Assembly (NCBI GenBank): GCA_965240325.2
Contig: OZ251223.1
Span: 992,001 to 1,056,000, forward strand
Reading direction: 5' to 3'
Length of the DNA stretch: 64,000 nucleotides
DNA from: Rebecca billardiae RCC1528
Taxonomy: Eukaryota > Protista > Haptophyta
Shown: positions 23,433 to 34,159 of the stretch, one piece after another
How positions within the stretch are numbered: the first letter of the stretch is position 1
Layout: each line of letters starts with the position of its first letter
Program-made: the position numbers and the translations under genes
Notes under the pieces: model-generated
What the model was told of the DNA's origin: nothing
Seen by the model: only the letters and a program-made list of their open reading frames with translations
Databases searched by the model: none

Positions 23433-26400
23433 GCAGCAATAAGTTTCTTTATAGAAATAACTGGCTAGCTAGCTTATACCATTCAGGCGGGCATTGCCGG
23501 GTTGCACCCGGCAATGCTGCATTCACCCCGGTCCTACCGGAATGCAGGGCTCGCCCCGCTGGCCTACAGCTCTGTGACCAGTCAGCGCCGCGCGCCACAT
23601 AACAGGCCACCACGACTTCATCAATACTGCTGCACGCATGATGGTACCAGTAGTGACAGAGTACTGGCGGTACCGTGCTGCGCGCATGGTATGGTACTGC
23701 TGCGTGCATGATGGTATGGTACTGCTGCGCGCATGGTATGGTACTGCTGTGCGCATGGTAGTATGGTACTCTGCTGCACGCATGATCAGGTATGTACTGC
23801 TGCTGCGCGCATGGTATGGTACTGCCGCGTGCATGGTATGGTACTGCTGCACGCATGATGGTATGGTACTGGCGGTACTGCTGCGCGCATGGTATGGCAC
23901 TGCTGTGCGCATGGTATGGCGGTACTGCTGCGTGCATGGTATGCCGTACTGCAGTGCACGCAAGAAACAAGCGCGCAGGTGGTGGGAGAAGCAAGCAGAA
24001 GCAAGCGCGCAGGTGGTGGGAGTGCTCGCAGGTGGTGGGAGAAGCAAGAAGCAGCAGCTCGAAGCAGCAGGCACTCCGATGCGGCACCTCCCGAAGCTGC
24101 TGCATCCTTCTGACCGCCCGCGGTTTGCGGACGAAGCGTCCGCGACTGCGAGCCGCACGCGCACGCGGTGCGCGCAGCGGTCATGGCGCTGGGGGGGTGA
24201 GGTTCAGGTACGAGGGGCACACACTATTCCGCATGCGCCTTGGCACCGACCACGCGCCGCATCCACTGGGAGATCTGCGGCCGCAAGAAGCGCGCGCCTT
24301 GGCGAGGGCGAAGCATCGTAGACCCGCCTGCGCGCAGTGCTTCCGCACCGCCGGCCGGGGCGGTCCGGCACTTTAACTTTGCTTGGTGTTTGTCCGGCTT
24401 CCTCAGCATCATGACATCATCACAGTCCTCACTCCTTCACCGATCACTGTGCACCGATCTCTTGAAGGGAGCGAGCAACGGAGGACGAAGCTGAAGCACC
24501 TAGTCATGGGTCCTTGCTCTCTTGCCGAACCGTGAGGAACCGGAAGCAACCGAGAGGAAGCTGAAAGCATTGTAAAGCACCTTCACTGGTCCTTGCTCTC
24601 TCCAGCTTCTGTTGACCGGTTTCCAAGCAACCGGGAGGAACGGGGAGGCCAAGGGTGGTCAGGGTCGCCGACTCCAGCGGAGTCCGGCGCCGGAACTTCA
24701 GCACCGATTTTTTGCGGCGGCGCGGCGTGCGGGGCCGCTGCCGCTGTGGCGGGCCGCTCGGGGCGTGCACGGCGTGGGCTCGTGCGGCCGCTGCCGCGCA
24801 CGCCGAGCGATCCGGCGCGGGCTCGCGGCTTGTCGATGGCCTCGCGCGCCGCAGCGCGGCGCGCGCCTTGCCTAGCTTCGCCTGTCTCGCGCCTTGGCCG
24901 CCGTGCACGCGTGCGCCGCCAAACCGCAAGCTCGGCATAGCTCTCAGCCGAGCGTGCACGTGCCTTGCGCGACGCGACGCGGGCATTGCCAGCGGGCGAT
25001 GTAGCCGTAGTGCGAGCCGACCACGCGCCGCATCCACTGGGAGATCCGCGGCCGCAAGGAGCGCGCGCCTTTGGCGAGGGCGCCCGCGATCCCGCATCCC
25101 GGCCCGGGGCGGTCCGGCACTGCTTGTTTGGTGTTGTCCGGCTTCCTCAGCTCATTCATCACTCCAGCTCATCATCACTGCGCACCGATCTCATGAAGGG
25201 AGCGAGCAACCGGAGGAGGCTGAAGCACCTTCGTGGCAAGGCGGTCCTTGCTCTCTTGCCGAACCGTGAGGAACCGGAAGCAACCGAGAGGAAGCTGAAA
25301 GCAGTGTGAAGCACCTTCACTGGTCCTTGCTCTCTCCAGCTTCATGTTGACCGGTTTCCAAGCTAAACCGGGAGGAACCGGTTGGAAGCATACGGGGAGG
25401 CTCGCTTATTAGTCGCTTTCGCCTTTCATGATTCATCGGCTTCCGTGTGTTCATCATCACCAGCTGTTCATCATCGGTTCAGAACTTGATCAGTTGGTGC
25501 CCAGTACATGTAAGCGGTACTGCCATGATTCATCATCGGCTTCCGTGTGTCATCAGCAAGCTGTTCATCCAAAGATGGTCCTTTTGGTTCGCCCTGCTGG
25601 CCTACAGCTCTGTGACCAGTCAGCGCCGCGCGCCACATAACAGGCTGTAAACAGGCCACCACGACTTCATCAATACTGCTGCACGCATGATGGTACCAGT
25701 AGTGACAGAGTACTGGCGGTACCGTGCTGCGCGCATGGTATGGTACTGCTGGGCTCGTGGTATGGCACTCACATGGTCGCATGGTATGGTACTGAGTGCA
25801 CGCATTCATGATTGGTACTGTAACTGGTACTGCTGCGCGCATGGTAGTATGCGGTACTGCTGAGCGCATGGTATGGTACTGCTGCATGCATGTAGTACGC
25901 ATGATGGCCGTAATGGTATGGTACTGCTGCTCGCATGGTATGCAGTACTGCTGCGCGCATGGTATGGTGGGTACTGCTGCGCGCACTGTAGCTAGTGAGT
26001 AGTGTGGAGTACTGATGCGTGACGCATGGTATGGTACTGCATTAGGTCTATGGCCTACTGCTGCGCGCATGGTATGGTACTGCTGCGTGCATGATGGTAT
26101 GGTACTGCTGCGCGCATGGTATGGTACTGCTGTGCGCATGGTAGTATGGTACTCTGCTGCACGCATGATCAGGTATGTACTGCTGCTGCGCGCATGGTAT
26201 GGTACTGCCGCGTGCATGGTATGGTACTGCTGCACGCATGATGGTATGGTACTGGCGGTACTGCTGCGCGCATGGTATGGCACTGCTGTGCGCATGGTAT
26301 GGCGGTACTGCTGCGTGCATGGTATGCCGTACTGCAGTGCACGCAAGAAACAAGCGCGCAGGTGGTGGGAGAAGCAAGCAGAAGCAAGCGCGCAGGTGGT

Positions 26401-28340
26401 GGGAGTGCTCGCAGGTGGTGGGAGAAGCAAGAAGCAGCAGCTCGAAGCAGCAGGCACTCCGATGCGGCACCTCCCGAAGCTGCTGCATCCTTCTGACCGC
26501 CCGCGGTTTGCGGACGAAGCGTCCGCGACTGCGAGCCGCACGCGCACGCGGTGCGCGCAGCGGTCATGGCGCTGGGTCCGGCGAGCAGCCGGGGTGAGGT
26601 TCAGGTACGAGGGGCACACACTATTCCGCATGCGCCTTGGCACCGACCACGCGCCGCATCCACTGGGAGATCTGCGGCCGCAAGAAGCGCGCGCCTTGGC
26701 GAGGGCGAAGCATCGTAGACCCGCCTGCGCGCAGTGCTTCCGCACCGCCGGCGGGGCGGTCCGGCACTTTAACTTTGCTTGGTGTTTGTCCGGCTTCCTC
26801 AGCATCATGACATCATCACAGTCCTCACTCCTTCACCGATCACTGTGCACCGATCTCTTGAAGGGAGCGAGCAACGGAGGACGAAGCTGAAGCACCTAGT
26901 CATGGGTCCTTGCTCTCTTGCCGAACCGTGAGGAACCGGAAGCAACCGAGAGGAAGCTGAAAGCAGTGTAAAGCACCTTCACTGGTCCTTGCTCTCTCCA
27001 GCTTCATGTTGACCGGTTTCCAAGCAACCGGGAGGAACCGAAGCATACGGGGAGGCCAAGGGTGGTCAGGGTCGCCGACTCCAGCGGAGTCCGGCGCCGG
27101 AACTTCAGCACCGATTTTTTGCGGCGGCGCGGCGTGCGGGGCCGCTGCCGCTGTGGCGGGCCGCTCGGGGCGTGCACGGCGTGGGCTCGTGCGGCCGCTG
27201 CCGCGCACGCCGAGCGATCCGGCGCGGGCTCGCGGCTTGTCGATGGCCTCGCGCGCCGCAGCGCGGCGCGCGCCTTGCCTAGCTTCGCCTGTCTCGCGCC
27301 TTGGCCGCCGTGCACGCGTGCGCCGCCAAACCGCAAGCTCGGCATAGCTCTCAGCCGAGCGTGCACGTGCCTTGCGCGACGCGACGCGGGCATTGCCAGC
27401 GGGCGATGTAGCCGTAGTGCGAGCCGACCACGCGCCGCATCCACTGGGAGATCCGCGGCCGCAAGGAGCGCGCGCCTTTGGCGAGGGCGCCCGCGATCCC
27501 GCATCCCGGCCCGGGGCGGTCCGGCACTGCTTGTTTGGTGTTGTCCGGCTTCCTCAGCTCATTCATCACTCCAGCTCATCATCACTGCGCACCGATCTCA
27601 TGAAGGGAGCGAGCAACCGGAGGAGGCTGAAGCACCTTCGTGGCAAGGCGGTCCTTGCTCTCTTGCCGAACCGTGAGGAACCGGAAGCAACCGAGAGGAA
27701 GCTGAAAGCAGTGTGAAGCACCTTCACTGGTCCTTGCTCTCTCCAGCTTCATGTTGACCGGTTTCCAAGCTAAACCGGGAGGAACCGGTTGGAAGCATAC
27801 GGGGAGGCTCGCTTATTAGTCGCTTTCGCCTTTCATGATTCATCGGCTTCCGTGTGTTCATCATCACCAGCTGTTCATCATCGGTTCAGAACTTGATCAG
27901 TTGGTGCCCAGTACATGTAAGCGGTACTGCCATGATTCATCATCGGCTTCCGTGTGTCATCAGCAAGCTGTTCATCCAAAGATGGTCCTTTTGGTTCATC
28001 ATCGGTTCAGAACTTGATCAGTTTGTGCCCAGTACACATGTAAGCGGTACCGCACCAAGGCAGCCCCTGACCGTACAGTAGCTACTCCATCCCTTGAATC
28101 ATCATCATCATCACATTTCTTGCTGTTACCGCGGACGTAGCTGGGGGAGTCGACTGCTGACAGATTGCACGAAAAAACCGTTGGCCCCAATTGGGATCTG
28201 ACTAAACTGTATTCCTCGGGATACCTATTGGAAGGCCATCAACTTTGTAAGAATCACCGGACTTCGCGTGTCCTACCGGAAAACTCGCTCCGCTCGCATG
28301 CTTGTTCTTACAGAACAACCAATGCGAGCGGGGCTCGCGA
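23433..28340. mobile_element. Putative non-coding element bounded by hairpins, with an internal ~2.0/2.4-kb tandem duplication
   Basis: Follows (TA)n at 23410-23432. Hairpins at 23491-23517 and 28290-28331; 12-bp direct repeat GTCCTACCGGAA at 23531 and 28270; near-identical units 23551-25588 and 25589-27997. Confidence 0.55.
23620..26340. repeat. Minisatellite (GCGCATGGTATGGTACTGCT-type, ~22-26 bp unit) in two blocks, ~23620-23960 and ~25670-26340
   Basis: Many degenerate tandem copies; the second block is expanded by ~370 bp. Confidence 0.9.
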
Positions 28341-28573
28341 TTATTATTCATCGTAGATAACTGCTACGTACTACTACTACGGCTCCGACTCAGCGATAAC
28401 AGACGCCGCCAGCAGCAGTCAGAGTTTCAGTCCGCACGGTCCGCTCATGCGCCCGATTGGGCGACGATCACGGATCAGATGATTCCTTCACGTACGACGT
28501 CGTCGTTTCTGCGGCGCGGCTTCGATCTGCCAGTCGAGGCAGTCGACAATATCTGCTACGTAGGTAGTAGCCG

Positions 28574-29758
28574 TCACACGGCCTGCGTCTTCCGCCCCAA
28601 CGACTCGAACGTGCAGCCGGTGAGGCGCTCGCTCTCGGCCCACAGCGCGCGTGCGAGGTCCAGCCTTTGCGCCGCGCCGCTCTCGCGAGCCGGGTGCACG
28701 TCCGACCAGTACGTCCCGCCGTTCTCCCCGTACCCCCAGCCGTCATCGGACGAGTCCGCGCCCGCGGCGAGGAACACCTGCGTGGCCGCGCCCTCCTCCA
28801 CCGACTTGGTGAACTTGGCGACGAGGCCGAGCACGGCGCGCTGCGGCGGCGCGAGCGTGGCGAAGGCGCCCGCGTCCATCGGCTCGGAGCGCCCGTCGAT
28901 CACGTACCGCGCCAGGTCCGTCCGCACCACGCCCGGGTGCAGCGACAGCGCCGTGAGCGGCAGCGCGGCCGCCTTGAACTGTCGGTCCAGCTCGGAGGCA
29001 AACAGGACGTTGGCGAGCTTGCTCTGCGCGTACGCGCCCCACGCCGAGTAGGCGGCGGGCTCGGAGAGCGGGGGCAGCGCGTCCTCGGGCTTGGCGAGCA
29101 GGTGCGCCGAGCTCGACACGCACACGACGCGCCCGCCGCGCGACTGCTCGAGCGCGGGCAGCAGCAGCGCTGTAAGCGCGAAGTGGCCGAGATGGTTCAC
29201 GCCGAGCTGCTTCTCAAAGCCGTCGGCGGTGAGCTGGCGCTCGGGGATCGCCATCACGCCCGCGTTGTTGACGAGGACGTCGAGCGAGCGCTCGCGCTGG
29301 CGGAACGCCGACGCCGCCGCGCGGACGGACGCGAGGTCGGCGAGGTCGAGGTCGAGCAGATGCACACGCTCAGCCGCGGCGCGACCCGCGCGCTGCACGA
29401 CCTCGTCGAGTGCGGCCTGGCCGCGCTGGTGGTTGCGGCTCGCCATGTACACGGTGGCGCCACCGGAAGCGAGACGCGCGGCCGTCTCCTTGCCTAGCCC
29501 GGCCGACGCGCCCGTCACCAGCACCGTCCGCCCCGAGAGCGCGCCCGGAGGCACGTCGAAGGGCACACTCGCCCTCGCAGTCGCCACGGGCTCTGCTGCC
29601 TGGCTCGCGGTGGAGGCGCCGGCGAGCGTCGCCGCGGAGCTCAGCGCGGTGCCCCGCAGCAGCGTTCGGCGCGTCGTGGGCGCGCTCGAGGCGCTGCCCA
29701 GCGCGCACGCCAGGGCGACCAGTGACCAGCTGCGCGTCGTCATCACGTTGGTCGCCAT
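28574..29758 (-). CDS. Short-chain dehydrogenase/reductase (retinol dehydrogenase-like), probably plastid-targeted
   Basis: VTGASAGLG, NNAG, NHLGHF, YAQSK (YxxxK), HPGVVRT; signal peptide followed by a twin-Arg segment. Confidence 0.92.
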   Translation of the reverse strand: MATNVMTTRSWSLVALACALGSASSAPTTRRTLLRGTALSSAATLAGASTASQAAEPVATARASVPFDVPPGALSGRTVLVTGASAGLGKETAARLASGGATVYMASRNHQRGQAALDEVVQRAGRAAAERVHLLDLDLADLASVRAAASAFRQRERSLDVLVNNAGVMAIPERQLTADGFEKQLGVNHLGHFALTALLLPALEQSRGGRVVCVSSSAHLLAKPEDALPPLSEPAAYSAWGAYAQSKLANVLFASELDRQFKAAALPLTALSLHPGVVRTDLARYVIDGRSEPMDAGAFATLAPPQRAVLGLVAKFTKSVEEGAATQVFLAAGADSSDDGWGYGENGGTYWSDVHPARESGAAQRLDLARALWAESERLTGCTFESLGRKTQAV

Positions 29759-29794
29759 CGCCGAAGGAAGGCGCGCACTGCCGGTGGAATCAGC

Positions 29795-30646
29795 ATGGCC
29801 GACGAGCGCGCGGTCCTCGAGGCTGACGGGGATGAGCGCTTGTACGAGGATGGCCTGTGGTGGCTCGTGCGACAGGTGCCCGCGACTGCCGAGCGCTCGC
29901 TGCGGATCCTCGTCCGCGACCTGACGGCGGAGGACACGGTCGATCCCAACTTCCTTGACGCTGACTACTCCATTGAGGCCGCGACCGGCAACCAGGTGTG
30001 GGAGGGCGCGCGAGAGCTCATGCATGCGCTCACGGCGGGGAGCCTCGCCGCGCACGCGTGGCGCGGTGCGCCGGTTCTCGAGCTTGGAGCAGGCACGGGC
30101 CTCGCCGGGATCTGCGCCGCCGCTCTCGGCGCGCACGCGTGCCTCACGGATGTGCGCGCCGTGGCTTCGGGTGTGCTGCTTCGCAACCTCGAGCTGAATC
30201 GGAAAGAGGGCCCGCAGCGGAACGGCGTCTGCACGGTTTGGGGCGAGGCGTGCGTGCCCATCGGCGACGGCGCGGCGACCTCACTCCCGCTGGACTGGCT
30301 CTCCCCCGTGGACGCACAGCTGGCGGACATCCAGCTGCCGAGCGGGCTTGTCGTGCTTGCCGCCGACTGCGTGTGGCACGCTGATCTGCTGGAGCCCTTC
30401 GTCCGGACAGCCGTCGACCTGTTCCGGAGATCGACGGGCGCGTGCGCATACATCGCAAGCTGGGAGCGCGCGAAGCCAGGCTCGACTGTCTTCGTGCCCA
30501 CCGCGCTCGTCGCGGCTGCGTTCGAGTCCGCCGGCTGCTCTGTGCGACCGCTTGAGTCGGATGAGCGATGCTCCCTCATCCATGTCACATTACTACCGCC
30601 TACCCGCACGGACGGTGGCGGCAACATGGTGAATGAATCCTCCTAA
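29795..30646 (+). CDS. METTL21-like (Methyltransf_16) protein-lysine methyltransferase
   Basis: TGNQVWEGA, VLELGAGTGLAG (SAM motif I), LDW, VLAADCVW. Confidence 0.88.
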   Translation: MADERAVLEADGDERLYEDGLWWLVRQVPATAERSLRILVRDLTAEDTVDPNFLDADYSIEAATGNQVWEGARELMHALTAGSLAAHAWRGAPVLELGAGTGLAGICAAALGAHACLTDVRAVASGVLLRNLELNRKEGPQRNGVCTVWGEACVPIGDGAATSLPLDWLSPVDAQLADIQLPSGLVVLAADCVWHADLLEPFVRTAVDLFRRSTGACAYIASWERAKPGSTVFVPTALVAAAFESAGCSVRPLESDERCSLIHVTLLPPTRTDGGGNMVNESS

Positions 30647-31420
30647 GAGTCACATGCGCGGCTCGTCAACGACACCGTTGTGACGCATCATGACGAAGGA
30701 CTTTGTTGCCCTCGACTCCGCGGATGGCAGCGCGGATCCGTCATCATTCCGTGCATCATAATTTACGACGATTATTGATTCTCATAATACTGTATGAGCC
30801 CGTGTCCCGGTACTCGGAGCGGTAATACTCGGTAGTCACCTGCAGCCTGCTCACTCAGACGTCTCACTCTCTGTCTCTCAGAGTCTCAGAGCAGTCTCAG
30901 AGTCAGACGACACGGATGACTGAGTCATGAGATCGGACTGAGACACTGAGACCGTCACGAGAGTACGTCGTGATGAGCAGTAATAATAGTATCGTCACCT
31001 GCTGGGCGGGACATCAGACATCAGTGCAGTGACTGACGCGAGTATTTACTCATCAGTTGGCGACTGCATGTTCACAATCATGCATTCGTAGTACATCCGC
31101 TGACGAACAGACTGACTGAACTTTGAACAGTTCGTCATCATCAGTAGTTCGTCACTCCGCCGATTCGGTCCGGCGATGATTGACAGACGACAGACACAGA
31201 GTCGCGCGTACGGCTACGCGCCCCGCTACCGCCTACGCAGAGTACGCTGTGTCACTCAGGCCTACCGGTACTACGGGCTAATTAACTAACGACTCTTCGT
31301 CGGAGTAACTAGACTCAAACTAGTCGACTAGTAGTAGTCGTCCGACGGATAGTCGTCGACTGAACTCAGTCAGTGTCATAGTATATCATCATCAATATTA
31401 TAACGGCGGTGCTATGCTAT

Positions 31421-33888
31421 CTACATGTCTCGTCGGACGTCCATGAGCAGCTCGAACGCGGACTGCCCGCGCTCGGTAGCCGCTGCCTGCAGCCGGTCGA
31501 AGAAGGCCCTGAGCTCGCAGATGGTCTGCTCGGCCATGCGCAGGTCGTTTTCATCCTCGACCTTGATCTTCAGGAAGCGCCGGAGCTCCTCGATGTTCGC
31601 GATCATCTCTTCCACCGAGTCCCCCAGCACGGCGTGGAGGTCGAGGCCTTGCAGGCGCTCGCGCCGGTCGAGCACCTTGGCCTGCGCGCACGCGGCACGC
31701 ACGGCGCGCGCACGGCAGGCCGCGCAATCGTGGTGCCCAGCGGGCGCGGCGCGGGTGATCTCAGCTCAGCTCAGCCCGAGGCTGATACCGCCCGTGCGCA
31801 GAGCAGCACGCGCACGCGCATGCGAGAGCACGCGACGGGCACTCCGCACCTGGTGCATCGGGATGTTGGACGCGCCCGCCTGGCTGTCAAAGGAGAGCAG
31901 GCCGCCCTGGCCGCGGATGAGCAGCTCCTGCACCACACCGATTCGCTCGACCGACGCGGCGCCGCACGCGTCCGAGAGGTGCGTGATGAAGGCGTGCTGG
32001 CTGGTGACGGTGCGCTCGGCCGCAAGCAGGGCCTGCCGCGCGCACAGCAACAGCCACGGCGCAGAGAGGCGACTCGCGCGTGAGCGCCCGGAGCGCGGAA
32101 GCCTGCCGTGAGCAGACGCGCGCGCGCCGGCGCCTCACCTCGCGCGTGTCGGTTGGCGCCCGTGTCATCATCATCAGCTCGAAGTCCTTCTGCTGCAGCC
32201 AGCGCAAGGTGGCTTCGGCAGACGGCGTCGCGTGCGCGTGCTCCGGCGCGACGTCGGCGGTCTCGTCCCGTACAGCAGCCGCGCCCTGCGGCTGCGCGGC
32301 GGGTCGGCGTCTCGAGGCGTTGCTGGTGGCGGCGGGCCGCGCGCCTCGCCGCGCGCGCGGGACCGCCGTGCGCGCCTTTGGTGTCCGCGCCTCGCGCATC
32401 GTCGCTGCTTCCGCGTGGTCCGGTGCTGACTTGGCATCGGCTGCGTCGTGCTGCGCCGCGCTGTGAGGAGCCTGCCGCGCCGTGCGCGACCTCGGGGCCG
32501 CTCCCGCCGGGGCCGGCCCCGCAGCAGTCGACGCCGCAGCACGGCCGTTGGAGCGCGGTGCCGGTGGCGCACGGTGCTGCGTGTGCGCATCGCCCGCGCC
32601 CGCGCCGCATCCCGCGCCGCCAAGAGTTGCGCCCCGAGAGGGAGGAGCCTTCTCGTCGTCGTGCAGCGGACGCATGGCATGGGGCGAGATCACAGCCATG
32701 CGCTGTGTCCTCCCTTTGCTCCGCACTGCGCCCGAAGCCTGGCGCGGCGTCGAGAAGCCCTCAGCATCGCCGGCGGTGCTGGGTGCTGCAGGCTTGGAGT
32801 GCGATGCGGCGCGCGGCGCGACTGGCTCTGCGGGCTCCGCTGCCACGGAAGCATACCGGCTTGCCGAGCGTGTGCGCGAGGCGGACGTGGCGCCGAGTGG
32901 CAGAGGCGACAGCACGGCGGGCCACGGAGTCGAGCCCGTCGTGCGCGGCTCCTCCCATGCCGTCACCAGCGGCCGTTGCCACGTCGTCGTCGAGGGAGCG
33001 CGCGCGGCGGCCGAAGGCAGTCGACTGCCCGCAGGGCTCGTGAATTGCCCACCCGTGCGCAGCGCGTCGAGCCCGCCCGGCGGCGGAGGCGAGACGGTCT
33101 GCTGCTTGTTGCCCACCGGCGCGCTGCCGATGCGGTGCCTGCGCTTGAGGCTGGCTGTCGCGCCGGCAGGCATGCTGTTGGCGAGCGCGGGCCCGAGTGG
33201 TTGTCGTCCGGAAGCAACGGCAGCCATGCCGGCAGCGAGGATGTCCGGGTGAGCGAGCACCTCCGCGGGCGGGGGCGGCGCGCTGTACGCGGCGCGCGCA
33301 GAGTGAGGCACTTGCGTCGCTGCGCGAGCGCCGCCCAGCTTCGGGCCTGCGCACGTCTCCGCGATCGGGGCCGCCTCGGCGCCAGCCACGCGGACGGGAA
33401 TGTGCGACAGAGGCGGCACCGGCACGAACGTCACGCGCCTCGGCGGTTGGTCGGGCACGGGTGCTCGGCCGAGGGGATGGACGATAGGCACATGGAACGG
33501 CGGCACAGAGCCAAGCCCGGCCCCGCCCGTAGGGTCGAGCAGTCCGGCCGGCACCACGTTGAGATCGGCGAAGTGTGGGCTGATCCGCCCGCCGCTCCAC
33601 GCAGGCGGTGCAGGGGAGGTATCGAGTCGCGCCGCGCCGGGAGGCGTCAGTGGCTCGAGCGCGGGAATCATGCGATTGAAGCCGAGCTCGCGTCGGACGG
33701 CTAGACCGGTCCGGCGATGGGGGGCGGCGCGCACTCCGGCGGCGAAAGGGTGCGGCTCAGGCAAGGCCTTGAAGTCGTGGTAGTGCGGCTTGCTGCGCAG
33801 CCGGGCGCGCGCGCGCGCGCGTCCGGCGGAGAGGTGCGCGCGCGCCGCACGAGTGAGCGAGATCGTGTGCAATGTACACTAGACTCAT
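31421..33888 (-). CDS. Hypothetical protein, 4 exons, low-complexity middle and helical C-terminal domain
   Basis: Exons 33888-33851, 33792-32139, 32032-31850, 31681-31421 join in frame across GT..AG introns. Confidence 0.65.
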
Positions 33889-34159
33889 GGCACGCACGGC
33901 ACGCGGGGCCGCGCGGCGGCAGGCGCACACCTTGCCGACGGTGGCTGGGCAGCCGCACCGAGCTCCATCGTCAATCCGCCAGTCGAGCACATGATTCGAT
34001 CATTCGAACGCTCTTGCCCGCGCCCAAACCGGGAGTTCTCAGCTGCAGAAATCCGGGCGTCCGGGTGTACACTGGAACGCAGGCAGGCGCGGGCGCCCGG
34101 ATCCCAACGGCTCGGCGGACGCGGAAGGCCACGTCACGACGAACTCCCGGCGCGATCAG

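Noticed and set aside
23449-26890. Long C/W/Y/H-rich ORFs
   Set aside because: They are translations of the minisatellite in multiple frames with no domain signal.
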